A DNA stretch of 64,000 nucleotides from Nageia nagi (taxonomy: Eukaryota > Plantae > Pinophyta): NCBI GenBank assembly GCA_050084985.1, contig JBITNC010000001.1:114762001-114826000 (forward strand). Direction: 5' to 3'. The position numbers and the translations under genes are program-made. The notes under the pieces were generated by a model, which was not told the origin of the DNA, did no database searches, and saw only the letters and a list, made by a program, of their open reading frames with translations. Shown in pieces: positions 26,946-38,227 of this stretch. Positions within the stretch are counted from its first letter, which is position 1, and the number at the start of each line of letters is the position of its first letter.

Positions 26946-28295
26946 AAGTACTAAGAAGAGCTAGTTCTTAAATAGAACCTAGAGAAAAGAAATAATACTT
27001 GCCAGACTACAATAAGAGTAATGGATAAGAAGTAACACCTAGGTCCACTTGATCTTGAGTGTTTGACCCCCAAGGCCCTCTTAATGTATTGATTTTGACT
27101 CAATTCCATATAACAATGGTAATTTCTTCGCAAAGTAGGTTAATATACTATTTACAACCCCCCCATTGCTCTATTAATTTAGAACTATAGTATGGATCAT
27201 CAATGATTACAGAGAAGTAGATAGTTACTGATAGAACATAGTGCCAAATCGTATCTATCAAACTACAGATGAGTACTTCAATCAGCTATAGTACCATCTT
27301 CAATCAACTACAGAGATGAATAAGGAGCAATCAACAACATGTCAAGAGGATTATGGCTCAATAAATATGATTGTTCTAAAAATTCAAATTCCTAGATAGT
27401 CATATTGTTGGTACTTATTCACTATGTAATCTAACACAATTGTAAAATTTATTGTAAATAGTTTCCCTTGCTTGTTTCAATCAAGATGAGTAATTATGTA
27501 TATTAATGATAGACAATAACCCACCAGGGCATGTAAATGTATAAATGGTAAACTGTTAGAAATCAAAGAGGTCGAACATTCTACCAAATTTTCCCAGATG
27601 TGTAAGATACTTTCATATGTGATAATACAAATGGATAGTATTTTGCCCTTTTGCAATGAGTGGCTATTTATTGGTAAGTGTAAGAAGTTGAGTCCCACTT
27701 TGGAGGAACTCACAGGACTTAGTTTTTTTAACATGGGGTCGAGATCCTGATCCCATCTGGTTCAAGGTCCCTGAGCTAGAATCAAGGTCATAGGGGTTGG
27801 CATCCTACCCTCATAATATCCCTCCCCCCATGGGATCTTGGTCCACAAATTCAAAATTATTACCTACCCTTTTCACTTGGGATTAGGTTTGGTGGATTTA
27901 ACCTTAGCTTTGGACCTGCAGCTTCATGGTCATAACAATGGTAATGAAGTTTACTAACTTTGGACATGTGGTTATCTAACTAACACCATAAATATAATAA
28001 CTACCTACAAAAGTGGCTATAAAATCTACACCATAAATATGGCAACTACCTAACTAACAACCATGATGATAAATAAGCTTAAGATGCTAGCTACTCTATG
28101 ATACATGTCAAATATTCCTAAACTCCTATGACACCTAGTGACATTAGGAATTTATTCCACTTACAAACTTGAAAATATAAAATATAAAGATGCTTTTCTC
28201 TCACCTACATGCTAATGACACCTACACATTTATGACACCTAAACTAATAATATTACAATCACCTTAATCCTAAGGATTATTTTTCCAACATAGAA

Positions 28296-29300
28296 GTATA
28301 TTAACTTCACCGATCCTTCATTATGTAACTTATCTCCTTGGGATGTTAACAACTCTTTATTTTATTTATTACTTACTCTATGAGAGTTGAAATTTTTGGA
28401 TTTTTTTCTCCATTTAGTTAATCCTTGAGTTGGATTCACCCTATAATTTTCTTACATGCTTGTTGTGATATCTTCCATAACTAGTTATTGTTGGCCATGA
28501 AGCATCATCACCTTCATAGGATCTTATCTCCCCTTTTAGGTTGTTGCTGCCATTATTCCCATACATTACTCTTCCATTACCTAATCCACTTGCATGTTAA
28601 ATATCTCATATCTATTTGAGAACTTATTAGACTAAGTTTATTTTTTCCTTATCCTTCTCCTATTTAGTTGTTCAAACACATCCCATTTTGCTTTTGTATC
28701 ATATGCTATGTTGGTTTTTCCTTTATTTATTACATCATTCTATGTTACTATAAGAGGGTAAACTCTCCATCTTGATGCTAGTGGTTTAGAATCTACTTAT
28801 TGTATTTATGATTAACTTACCACTTTTAAAAATATCTAAATTAAATAGTTGGTTTAGATATGTTTCCGTACAAAGACAAACATAGATTCTTGGGATTCCT
28901 TCCATTATGTCTTTAGAAATACCCAAATATTTCCCAAAAATTCACCTATGGTTTTGAAGGCTTATTCATTCCAACACTCCATTTGGAGTGCATACAAGCT
29001 TTACCCACACATGTATAAAAAAGGGTGCAATATGTGATCAAAATCCACTCTCCAAGGCTAAACAAATAATCCTAGAGGGCTATGATTCCTTTTCTCTAAT
29101 TAAGAAGCCATGTTTCTATCCACCATTGAGGAGAATGTAATAATGAAATAATCATTGTTTAGAACCATAGGGAATACTCACTTAAGGTTCTCCCAACTAC
29201 AAAACACTCAAGGTAGTATGAATACTCATGAATTTGAAAATTAAATCATGGCTAGCTCTATAGAGAACACTCTTCTACAATAATTTAATCAATGATTAAC
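28296..29300 (-). pseudogene. LINE ORF1 remnant (DUF4283-like), 5' part of the LINE at 22376-23545
   Basis: Minus translation PWRVDFD...MECWNE*AFKTIGEFLG...; expected position upstream of ORF2 once the TSD-flanked insertion is removed. Confidence 0.6.
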
Positions 29301-31164
29301 TTTGTCCTTGTTCTAGACTATAACAAGAATCTATTAATTCTATAATTCACCTATTTGTCCTCTAGCTTTTATATTACAAAGGAAAAAACCATTTTTCATA
29401 TTTTTTTATCTTTTATGATAATTGCATATTCTCCTTCAATAGGTCTACAAAAGAACTCTACCTATCTAGACAGAGGACTAGAGGTAACTTAATGGGATTT
29501 CTTAAAGCCACATTATCTTCATAAGATTTCTCTTTCTCTAACTATCAAGAAACTTACAAGAGTGTATCTTACATCACACACTTTTGGGAAGTACCCTATA
29601 GTTCTATATATAATGCTCTTATTCAAGCGTTTTACTTTATTTATACAAAATCTCAATTTTGGACCCACTTAAAAAACCTACTTTCATCAAATCTTTAACA
29701 TTATCTTCGAGTGTGCATGAGATTTGAGAATGGTGCTATTGTCATCTCTAATTACATCAAACTACACATCGTGTGGCCTTATATTCACTCTTGGTTAAAT
29801 AAGGATTTGTTCACACTAGCTTTGTATTGAAAAAGACCACCATATTTCGAAGGACCAATGTGTTTATAGGTTATGCAATACCGAACCAAAATTTGAAGAG
29901 CATTTTATATTCATTTTACCCATCTACTATGAAATTTGAGGCCGATACCATTGCTTATTCAAAGGTTTCCATTCTATGAAATCATAAATGAATTATGAAG
30001 ATCAAAATGCATTGCACTCTATATTTGAGAAACCACCCACCTTAGATAAAGCTTAATCACTGGTAGATGCCACAACTCAATTGGATCCAAACTTATCACA
30101 TCCTTTTTTTTTTCAATCATAGGAAGTTACAAACCAAAAGGACACCATGATTCTTGATGAATCTAGAAGGACTATTCATCAATGCATTACTACTAAAGCC
30201 ACTAGGGTTACTTCCTCTTATTGTAACATCATGAGCTTCATTTGGACCTTGAGTTCTAAAGGAATACCCTAACTCTTCATACACCATGATATAGGACATA
30301 TTTATCATTTGTTCATTCCAAAATATGAAGATTCATCTTCAAAATAACAAATTATCCATCAACATACTTTTGATCCACAATCTCTAGATAAATATTTTCT
30401 ATATCTCTTCTTCGTAAAGTGTGCATAATCTTAATTACTAGATCCTATACTTCAAATATCTATTAATGTTTTTTTTTTGTACAAATAAGACATATATATT
30501 TTGATACATTATACATTATTTTATATTTATAATGATTAAATAAAAGTTACATTTTACTTATTCTTGCAATTAATATTTGATAATTAAAATTACTTAGTGA
30601 ATGTTCACTTCATATCACAATATGCTATAAAACAAAACACTATTTGATGATCAATATTTCATGCCTATCTTTTGTATATTCTTTCATCAAACTTTTTGGA
30701 CTAGAAAATAGTTAACACAACAAATCAAGATAAATCCATGGTTACAATAAGAGACACTACTCATAAAATCTTAACCTACACTAAAAAATCTCTTATGTTA
30801 TGCAGATAATCTTTAACATATATTCACATAAATCTTAATAATTTTGAAGACTTATGGTTGAATTTGTAGGTTGATATAGAGACTTGGGAGAAAGGTGAAA
30901 AATTATTTGAAAAATTATTCATAAACTAATGTGCATATGTCCAAAGAAATTGCTAGAACTACTATAACAAAAAACTTACACTAATATTTCTCTTATCATT
31001 AGAATTTACTTTCCCTTAATAGATATGGTTTTCATCTATCAATTAACAATCTCCACAATCAAATCATATTAAAAAAAAATCAGCATACTTACTATAGATG
31101 ACTCCTACTATTGTAATACACATTGTTTAATAGTTTACATTTTTTCACATCAATTGAAATGTGT

Positions 31165-31505
31165 TTTAAATATGTAAAATTAGTTCATCCATTCATGAAA
31201 TTCTATCTTGAATTCAATCATGAGTTCAATTATACATTCCCAATTTCAAGGCAAGTTTCCTCTTACAAAACCTTTCATCAACACGTTGATAATGGTTTTT
31301 ACGATAAAAAAATCCCATGTTCTCTTCCACTACAGAACTAGTGTTTGTGAATTGCTTCAGAAAAGTATTGCATCATTTGAAACACTGCAATATCATTTAC
31401 TTTTGTTCATCTATGATGATCTCATACATATAATATCTTTTAATCAAATTATTTGACTACATTCCTAATCAAATTCCAAACTTATCTCTTTTCATTATTG
31501 AATAT
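31165..31505 (+). repeat. Diverged direct copy of non-TE-looking sequence at about 46380-46740
   Basis: Shared blocks: gaatt..atgagtt..tacacatt; tcatcaaca.gttgataa.ggttt; cccatgttc; tgaattg.ttcagaaaa...ttgcatcattt; attccaaa.ttat.tct. Confidence 0.75.
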
Positions 31506-31529
31506 ATATTGATGATTCATCCTACCTTT

Positions 31530-34430
31530 GAGGAGAATCTAAAAACATGGTTGGATTTCAAGGTGAATAGAATTACAATGTATAGGGCATCTAAAAAACT
31601 AAAATTTAAGAGGAAAATGAAGAAATGCAACATGAGTATTTTTGAATGTGAAACAGAGGAAAGAGAGTTTTAAAGGAGACTTATATTCTATAGAACAAAC
31701 AATTCTAAGGAAAGGGAGAGATGAAAAACTAGATAGAAGAGAAAAAGAAACCCTATTACAATACATTAACACAAGAAGAGGTACATTGGAGGTAAAAATC
31801 AAGAATTACATGGCTAAAAGGAGACAAAAACACTAGCTTCTTTAACATAAGAACATTTAAAAGAAGAAGCTCAAATAAAATATTTGAACTTAAAAAATCA
31901 GACTATAACAAGAGATGCAATGGATATTAAGAATGAAGCAAAAGGGTTTTATCAGAAGCTATTGAAGGACCAAAGAGAAAATAACATTGTAATAGGTAAA
32001 TTATTGAAAAATATTCCAAAATTAATAGATCAAAATATGAATTTCCAACTAGAAAAAAGGTATAATAAAGGAGCAGATCAAAAATACAATTTTCTTAATG
32101 AAAAAAGATAAAGTACCAAGGCGAAATGGGTTTCCAGTAGGCTTCATTAAAAAAACTAGTATATAGTACGTAATGATGTGATTGCAACAATCATGTAGTT
32201 CTTTAGAAAAAAAAAACTTTTACAAGCATGGAATGCCACCTTCTTCACATTAATACCTAAAACCCATACAACAAAGGAATTCAAAGAGTATAGACCTATA
32301 AGTCTATGTAATGTCATCTACAAAACAACTACAAAGATCATGGTAGAAAGAATGAAGCACCTTCTTCCAAGAATTATATCTTTCGAACAAGATGGGTTTG
32401 TACAAGATAGAAAAATAACAAATGGTATTCTTCTTATGCATGAGGTTTTACATTCCATAAAAGTGAAAAATGAGAAGGAAATGATACTCAAATTAGATAT
32501 GGAAAAAGACTATGATTGGGTAAATTGGAATTTCTTAGATTTGGTACTACAAAGCTTTGGCTTTGGAGACAAATAGGGGAAATGGGTATAGGAATGTATC
32601 TCCACATCAAACTTCTTAGTAATTATCAATGGAGAGGCATTTAGTTTCTTTGCATCAACAAGGGGCCTTAGACAAGGAGATACAATATCACCCTACCTCT
32701 TTATCATTATGGCAGAAGCTTTAAGGAGAGCCATTAGACAAGCAAGGGAAGATGGAGTCACAAAAGACATAATATCAAGAAAAGCTTGTGATCCCACCAT
32801 GCACCAATTTGTTGATGAAACAATTCTTATGGGTCAAGTGACAAAGAGTGAAGCAAAGCAATTTGAGAAAATTATATAATGCTATCAAAGAGCATCACAT
32901 CAAAAGGTAAATATGCAAAAAAAGAAATCTTTATGTTGAATTCCACAAAACAAAACAAAAGGAAGATAGCCAAAAATTTTGGATGTCAATTAGAAGACTT
33001 GCCAACTAAATATTTTTGGGATGCCATTGTTTATAGGAAAAGTTAAAACAACATTCTAGGATGGTCTAGTAGACAAAATAAGGAACAAACTCTTGATTTG
33101 GAAAGGGAAAATTCTATCTTATGCTAGGAAATTGTTGCTCAAAACACAATTGCAAAGTATGCCCATTTACAATGTTATGGTTTTTCCAATGCCACACATT
33201 ATTGCTAATAAAATTGATCAGTTGTGTAGTAGATTCCTCTAGGATGGTCGAACAAAAAGAAAGAAAGTTCTCCCTAGTAGCATGGAACAAAATATGCACT
33301 AATAAAGAAGTAGGAGGCTTGGGATTGAGAAGAGTGAAGCATATGAGTCAAGCATTGAGGGGAAAACTAGCTTGGAGATTGGCCTTGGAAGAAGATAAAG
33401 AACAGGTTAAGGTTTGTAGGGGTAAATACATATAGAGGATAAACTCTAATTTGAAAGTAGGAAGTCCCTCCATACGGATCACCCTTTTGGAATGGAATGA
33501 TCTAAGATTAGACCCTTGTTGACCAAAAACCTAGCATGAAAGTGTGAAATAGGGGAGTTAGTATATTTATGAGAAGATAAATGGATAAGGAGAAAGCCCT
33601 TAATTATGTATAACCAATTTCAAGAGGGGGAAAATGGGCTATTCAAGAACAATGGGGAAAAGTATCTAATTATTTCAATCAATAAAAAGGTAGATAGAAT
33701 TTAAAAAAAAAAACTGCAAATGTACAAATTGAACAACAATTAATAAAGGTTAAAGAGGAATTAAGGAAAAAAAATATTTAGCTAAATAAAGATAAAGATG
33801 TGTCAATTTGGAAGGTGACAAAAAATGGAAGTTACAATGTGAAACATGCATTTCATTGGTTGAACGAATGTCCACAAGGAAAAAAACAAGGAGCTATGAG
33901 ATAAGGTTTGGTTGAAAGGGATTATCCCAAAAATAAGCTTTTTTAATGTGGGTTGTAACACATAACAAATTATCTACTTTCGATAATTTTAATAAAAGAG
34001 GTTTTCAATTGCCTAAGAAGTGCACTCTATGTAGGATACAGAAGGAAAATAGAGACCATATCTTTTTCTACTACCATTACACAAATAAATTTTCAATGAA
34101 ATTCTAAAGAAAGTAATCTATCATTGGGTATCACCTTAGTTAACTAAAGAAATGATTATACAATGGCCAATGATGGTAAATTATAAAAAAGAAGGAATGT
34201 TATAGAGTTTGATCCGATCCCATACTTATTGGCATATTTGGAAAGAAAGAAATAGGAGGATCTTCGATAACAAGGAAAATGAAGCAAAGAAAAATTTCAA
34301 ATTGCCAATGTAAAAATTGATGGAAAATATAGTAATATCTATCAACGAGATGGAACCAATTGTGTTTAAAAAATTAAATTTAAATGAGGATGGAGAAAAT
34401 AACTGAGGGAGAAGAAAACCATACAACTTT
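31530..34430 (+). pseudogene. LINE ORF2 (RT and zf-RVT), decayed
   Basis: NATFFTLIPK, YRPISLCNVIYK, EQDGFVQDRKITNG, KLDMEKDYDWVNW, RGLRQGDTISPYLF, HQFVDET, KEVGGLGLR, HIWKERNRRIF. Confidence 0.92.
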
Positions 34431-34721
34431 TGTTGTCATGTTAGGAAGTGAAGTAGCAAAAATGATGAGTTGGCAATCTTATCACATGATGGAATTGAAA
34501 CTATCTTTTAATTGAAGAGTTGGAGAGGTGAAAGGACAAGGTAATACCATTTCTCATGCTAGCTAGCAAATTTCAAAGCTAATTGGGATCTTGAGGCACA
34601 TGACATTTCTAACAAGCCATAATGCTCATAAATACATCTATCAACATCAAAGGTTGCATGCAATCATTTGGCTCAAACAAATTTTGTTACAAGAATCAAT
34701 TCAACAACCAAAGGAAGAAAG

Positions 34722-34965
34722 GATGGGGGAAGATTTGTTTAAAACAAAGCCAATTTCACTAGAGCAAACAAAGGAAAACAAGAAGGTATGGAATATTATG
34801 AGCAATAGGAGGATTGCAGGGTTTCATAGACGCATGCAAGAGTTATGACCCACAATTGTCAGCAAGGATGACTAAGTAATGGTTTGGAGGTACATGCAAG
34901 ATGAATTCCATGTAAGTGGAATTCAATCTTGGCACTATTGCAGAAGCAAACCATATGCCTAATAA
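34722..34965 (+). pseudogene. Extra ORF ('ORF3'), N-terminal part
   Basis: MGEDLFKTKPISLEQTKENKKVWNIMSNRRIAGF/IDACKSYDPQLSARMTK*WFGG...TIAEANHMPN aligns with 9664-9900. Confidence 0.7.
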
Positions 34966-37900
34966 TGTGACATCCCCCTTGCATGATCATAATTAATCTA
35001 GGAATCCGATAGGTTCCTCTTGTAATATATTTTATTAATGCATTATGCTTTCATGTTTGTAACTTGGGATAAAAGACTTAATGGGTCAATGGATCCCACT
35101 GTGAGCCCCAAGTGGGACGTCTCCCTCCCAAGTCTAGATTAGGAGTTATTATTGCATTTTGAGATCCCAATAATGATTATGGGAATCCCAAGGTCTATTA
35201 TTACATTAAGGTGATGGATGGACCCTTATACGCTTACACCAACCTTAGGGAGGCTACCATACACCCACGTTGACCCAACTTGACACCAAGACCCCCATGC
35301 ATGACCTCTTGACCCACGTGGGCATGCATGGCACTCCTAGACCTCCATGTTGGCACTTAATGCACCCAAGCCCCCCACATTGGCATGCCTAACCCCTAGG
35401 CACCCATGGGAATTCTAGGCCCCCATGAGGCCAATGTTGGATTATAGAAGCCAGGTGATGACTCCTAGGTGAGATCCAAATAGAGCAAGGGTATAAAGAG
35501 ATGTTGAAGCCTAATTGTTGGATATACCTAATTATTATTATACTTCATATCGTCTAGAGGACAAGAAGACTTAGCGGCACTAAGTCCATCCCCTAGGTGC
35601 AGCATTTAGGAGGGCTTTTAGGCTGAGGGATCCTAATCGTCTATAACATTGGTGTAGCACCCTTGCCCATCTAATGGTATTATGAGGTATAACTACTACC
35701 TTTAGTGGTTAGCCAGGGTTTGACAAGGGTGCCTTCGATGGAGAGGATTCAGAATCAAGAGCGATACTATCCCATGGTTCCGATATTATTCCAGTAGTGA
35801 GAGACATTTGACTATGCCCTAGTTGGCTCCTTGGAGGCCAATGTCAGCCCTATTAGGTCTAGTATTGTATTATTGTCATTCTATATCATATATACAATCG
35901 TTGGGGCATTGGATCTCATATTTTGTGTTTGTATACTTATCTTGTGCATCATTGGATTACCATTGCTTGTATATGTTGATATTGGTCAAACGTTGGCATT
36001 GTGAAGTGTTATTCATTAATGTATGCTTGTATTGGCCAAACATTGCCATTTGGGTGTTGTTAATGCTTGATATTGAAGCCCTAGATTAGATGTTGTCATA
36101 TTTGCATTGTAATAACTTGAAGTGGAAGGCCTAACCATAATATTTCCATATGAGGGATTATATGCTTGAAATCGATGCCCTAGGCTTGACATTGAGGTTT
36201 ATTGGTTTGGATTTGCTGATTATTGCTTGAGGTTGTGTTTGGATCTTTATAATGGTATCAAAGCTTGGATCTGACCATCCTGTGTATGAGACCTACAGTG
36301 AATCGATATTATACTAGATCCAACATTTGAAGAGAGATAGTGTTCGCAAGGAAGAGTAATAAGTCACACACATAAGAGACTTCCTCTAGGGTTGTCCATG
36401 AGGAGAACTATCGACCATGAATGAATGAGGTACTGAATGTGGGAGCATTTGTGATGTCCCCTTTTTCCAATTGTTATTAGTTATGGGGTCCAAAAGTTTC
36501 CTCTTGTAATATACTTTATTTATGCATTGGACATTCATATTTGTGACTTAAGATAGGCAACTTAATGGGTCAATGGACCCCATTATGAGCCCCAAGTGGG
36601 ACATCTCCCTCCTAAGGTTAGATTAGGTGTCATTATCATACATGAAGATCCTAAAACATGATTGTGGAATTCCAAGGTCTATTTAGCATTGTGTGGATGA
36701 ATGAACACTTAATGGCCCCAACGTTGAGATTGGGAGCATTTAGACACTTGTGCTAGCTTAGGGAGGCTTCTAGACCCCCATGTTGGGACTTGAGACCCAT
36801 GTTGCCCCCTAGGTGCCCACACATGCATTCTTGGTTCCAGGTGGAGCATAAGGGAGGCCCAAATACCCATGTTGAGCTTGGATTGATCCTTAGGTGCCAA
36901 CGTTGGGCCATGAGGGGATTGAGTGATGACATTAAGGCATAATCGGAACCAAGGAAGGCTATTTTAATCATTAGAGTCTCATTACTAGATATACAAAATT
37001 ATTATTCCTTTCATATCATTCAGAGGATAATAAGTCTTAACGGTACTAAGCAACCTTCTTAGGCACAACATCTAGAGGGCATTTAGGCTGAGGGATCTTA
37101 TCCATCTACAGCACTGGTGTAGTACCTTTTCCCAGCTGGTGGTATTCTGAGGTACTACTTCTACCTTCAATAGTTATCTAGGGTTTGAGGAGGATGCTTT
37201 CGATGGAGGGGAATCTTATTCTGAGGGAGTGTACTGTCCCATGGTTCCATGATTGTTCTAGTGGTGAGAAGATATATTATTATGCCCTAGTTGGCTCCTT
37301 GGAGGCCAACATCAACCCTTTTGGGCCTAGTATTGTATTTGTTGAATGTTGTACATTCTATATACCACCAAGGGCATTAGATCTCATATTTTGTATTATC
37401 TACATCATTCTTGTACATGTATTAGATTACTATTGTTGTGTATAGTTGCATTGAACATACTTTGGCATTATGGAGTATTGTTTATTGCATGCACAAGCTA
37501 AATGTTGGCTTATTTGCATTGTGATAGCTTGGTTTGGATACCCTAACTCTATTGTTTCCATCTTGAGGGTTTATGCACTTGTGTTTGATGCCCTAGGCCT
37601 AACATTAGGGTTTGTTGGTTGGAATTTGCTCATTTGCTCCTAATTTGAATTTTGGATCATCATAAGTGGTATCAAAGCTTGGATCTAGCTAGCCTATGCA
37701 TGAGACCTGTAGTACATCGTTAGTACACCAAATCTAGCACTTGAAGAGAGATGGCATCTGCTAGGAAAAGTAGAAGATCACACACTAAGGAGAAGTTTGA
37801 CTCTGATTTGAGCATCCACCCTCAAATGAAAGTTTGATGAACTCATTTAGCCATTCATAGCATGATCGGAGCAATCACTACCATGCAATGACAACTGAAT

Positions 37901-38227
37901 AGACATATGGGTGTTTGTGAGGAGCTTAAGAGATAGATTAGCCCCCCATGTCCTACTTAAGAGGACAGAGAAGAGCTACGTAAGGAGGATCAAGTAGATT
38001 GAGAGCCAAACATGAGGAGATCTTAGAGTTTGAGGGATTAGGAGTCAACTCACCATGGTTTGATGGGGCATTCAGAAACCACATTCTTGAGAACCCACTC
38101 ACACCGAGCACCCTAGGGTATAAACCCTCTCCTAGGGAGGTACCTGGAGGAGGATGTTAGCAGGATGGAGGAGCAACCGGTTATTCCAAATCCAGCTAAA
38201 CCCATGTTTACGTAGAAGTCTGGGGAG

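Larger units (their letters stand above)
23558..28290 (-). mobile_element. Small non-autonomous LTR element (TRIM/LARD-like): 3' LTR 23558-24013, about 0.9-kb non-coding internal region, PBS 24923-24933, 5' LTR 24935-28290 split by a 3-kb insertion
   Basis: 5-bp TSD TAGAA at 23553-23557 and 28291-28295; matching LTR sequences; PPT (ttcatcccctt) adjoining 24013; 46-bp tandem units within the LTR. Confidence 0.85.

Noticed and set aside
29700-30450. Possible decayed host exon (Cys-containing peptide on the minus strand)
   Set aside because: No convincing motif or consistent frame by eye; BLASTx would be needed.
35600-35720. Conserved LTR block considered as a hammerhead ribozyme (retrozyme)
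   Set aside because: The CTGANGA...GAAA core is not present (ctgaggga).
37185-37445. Similar ORFs at 35823, 37185 and 41299 suggesting a conserved small gene
   Set aside because: They lie within LTR copies, so similarity is expected from LTR duplication; frames differ between copies.
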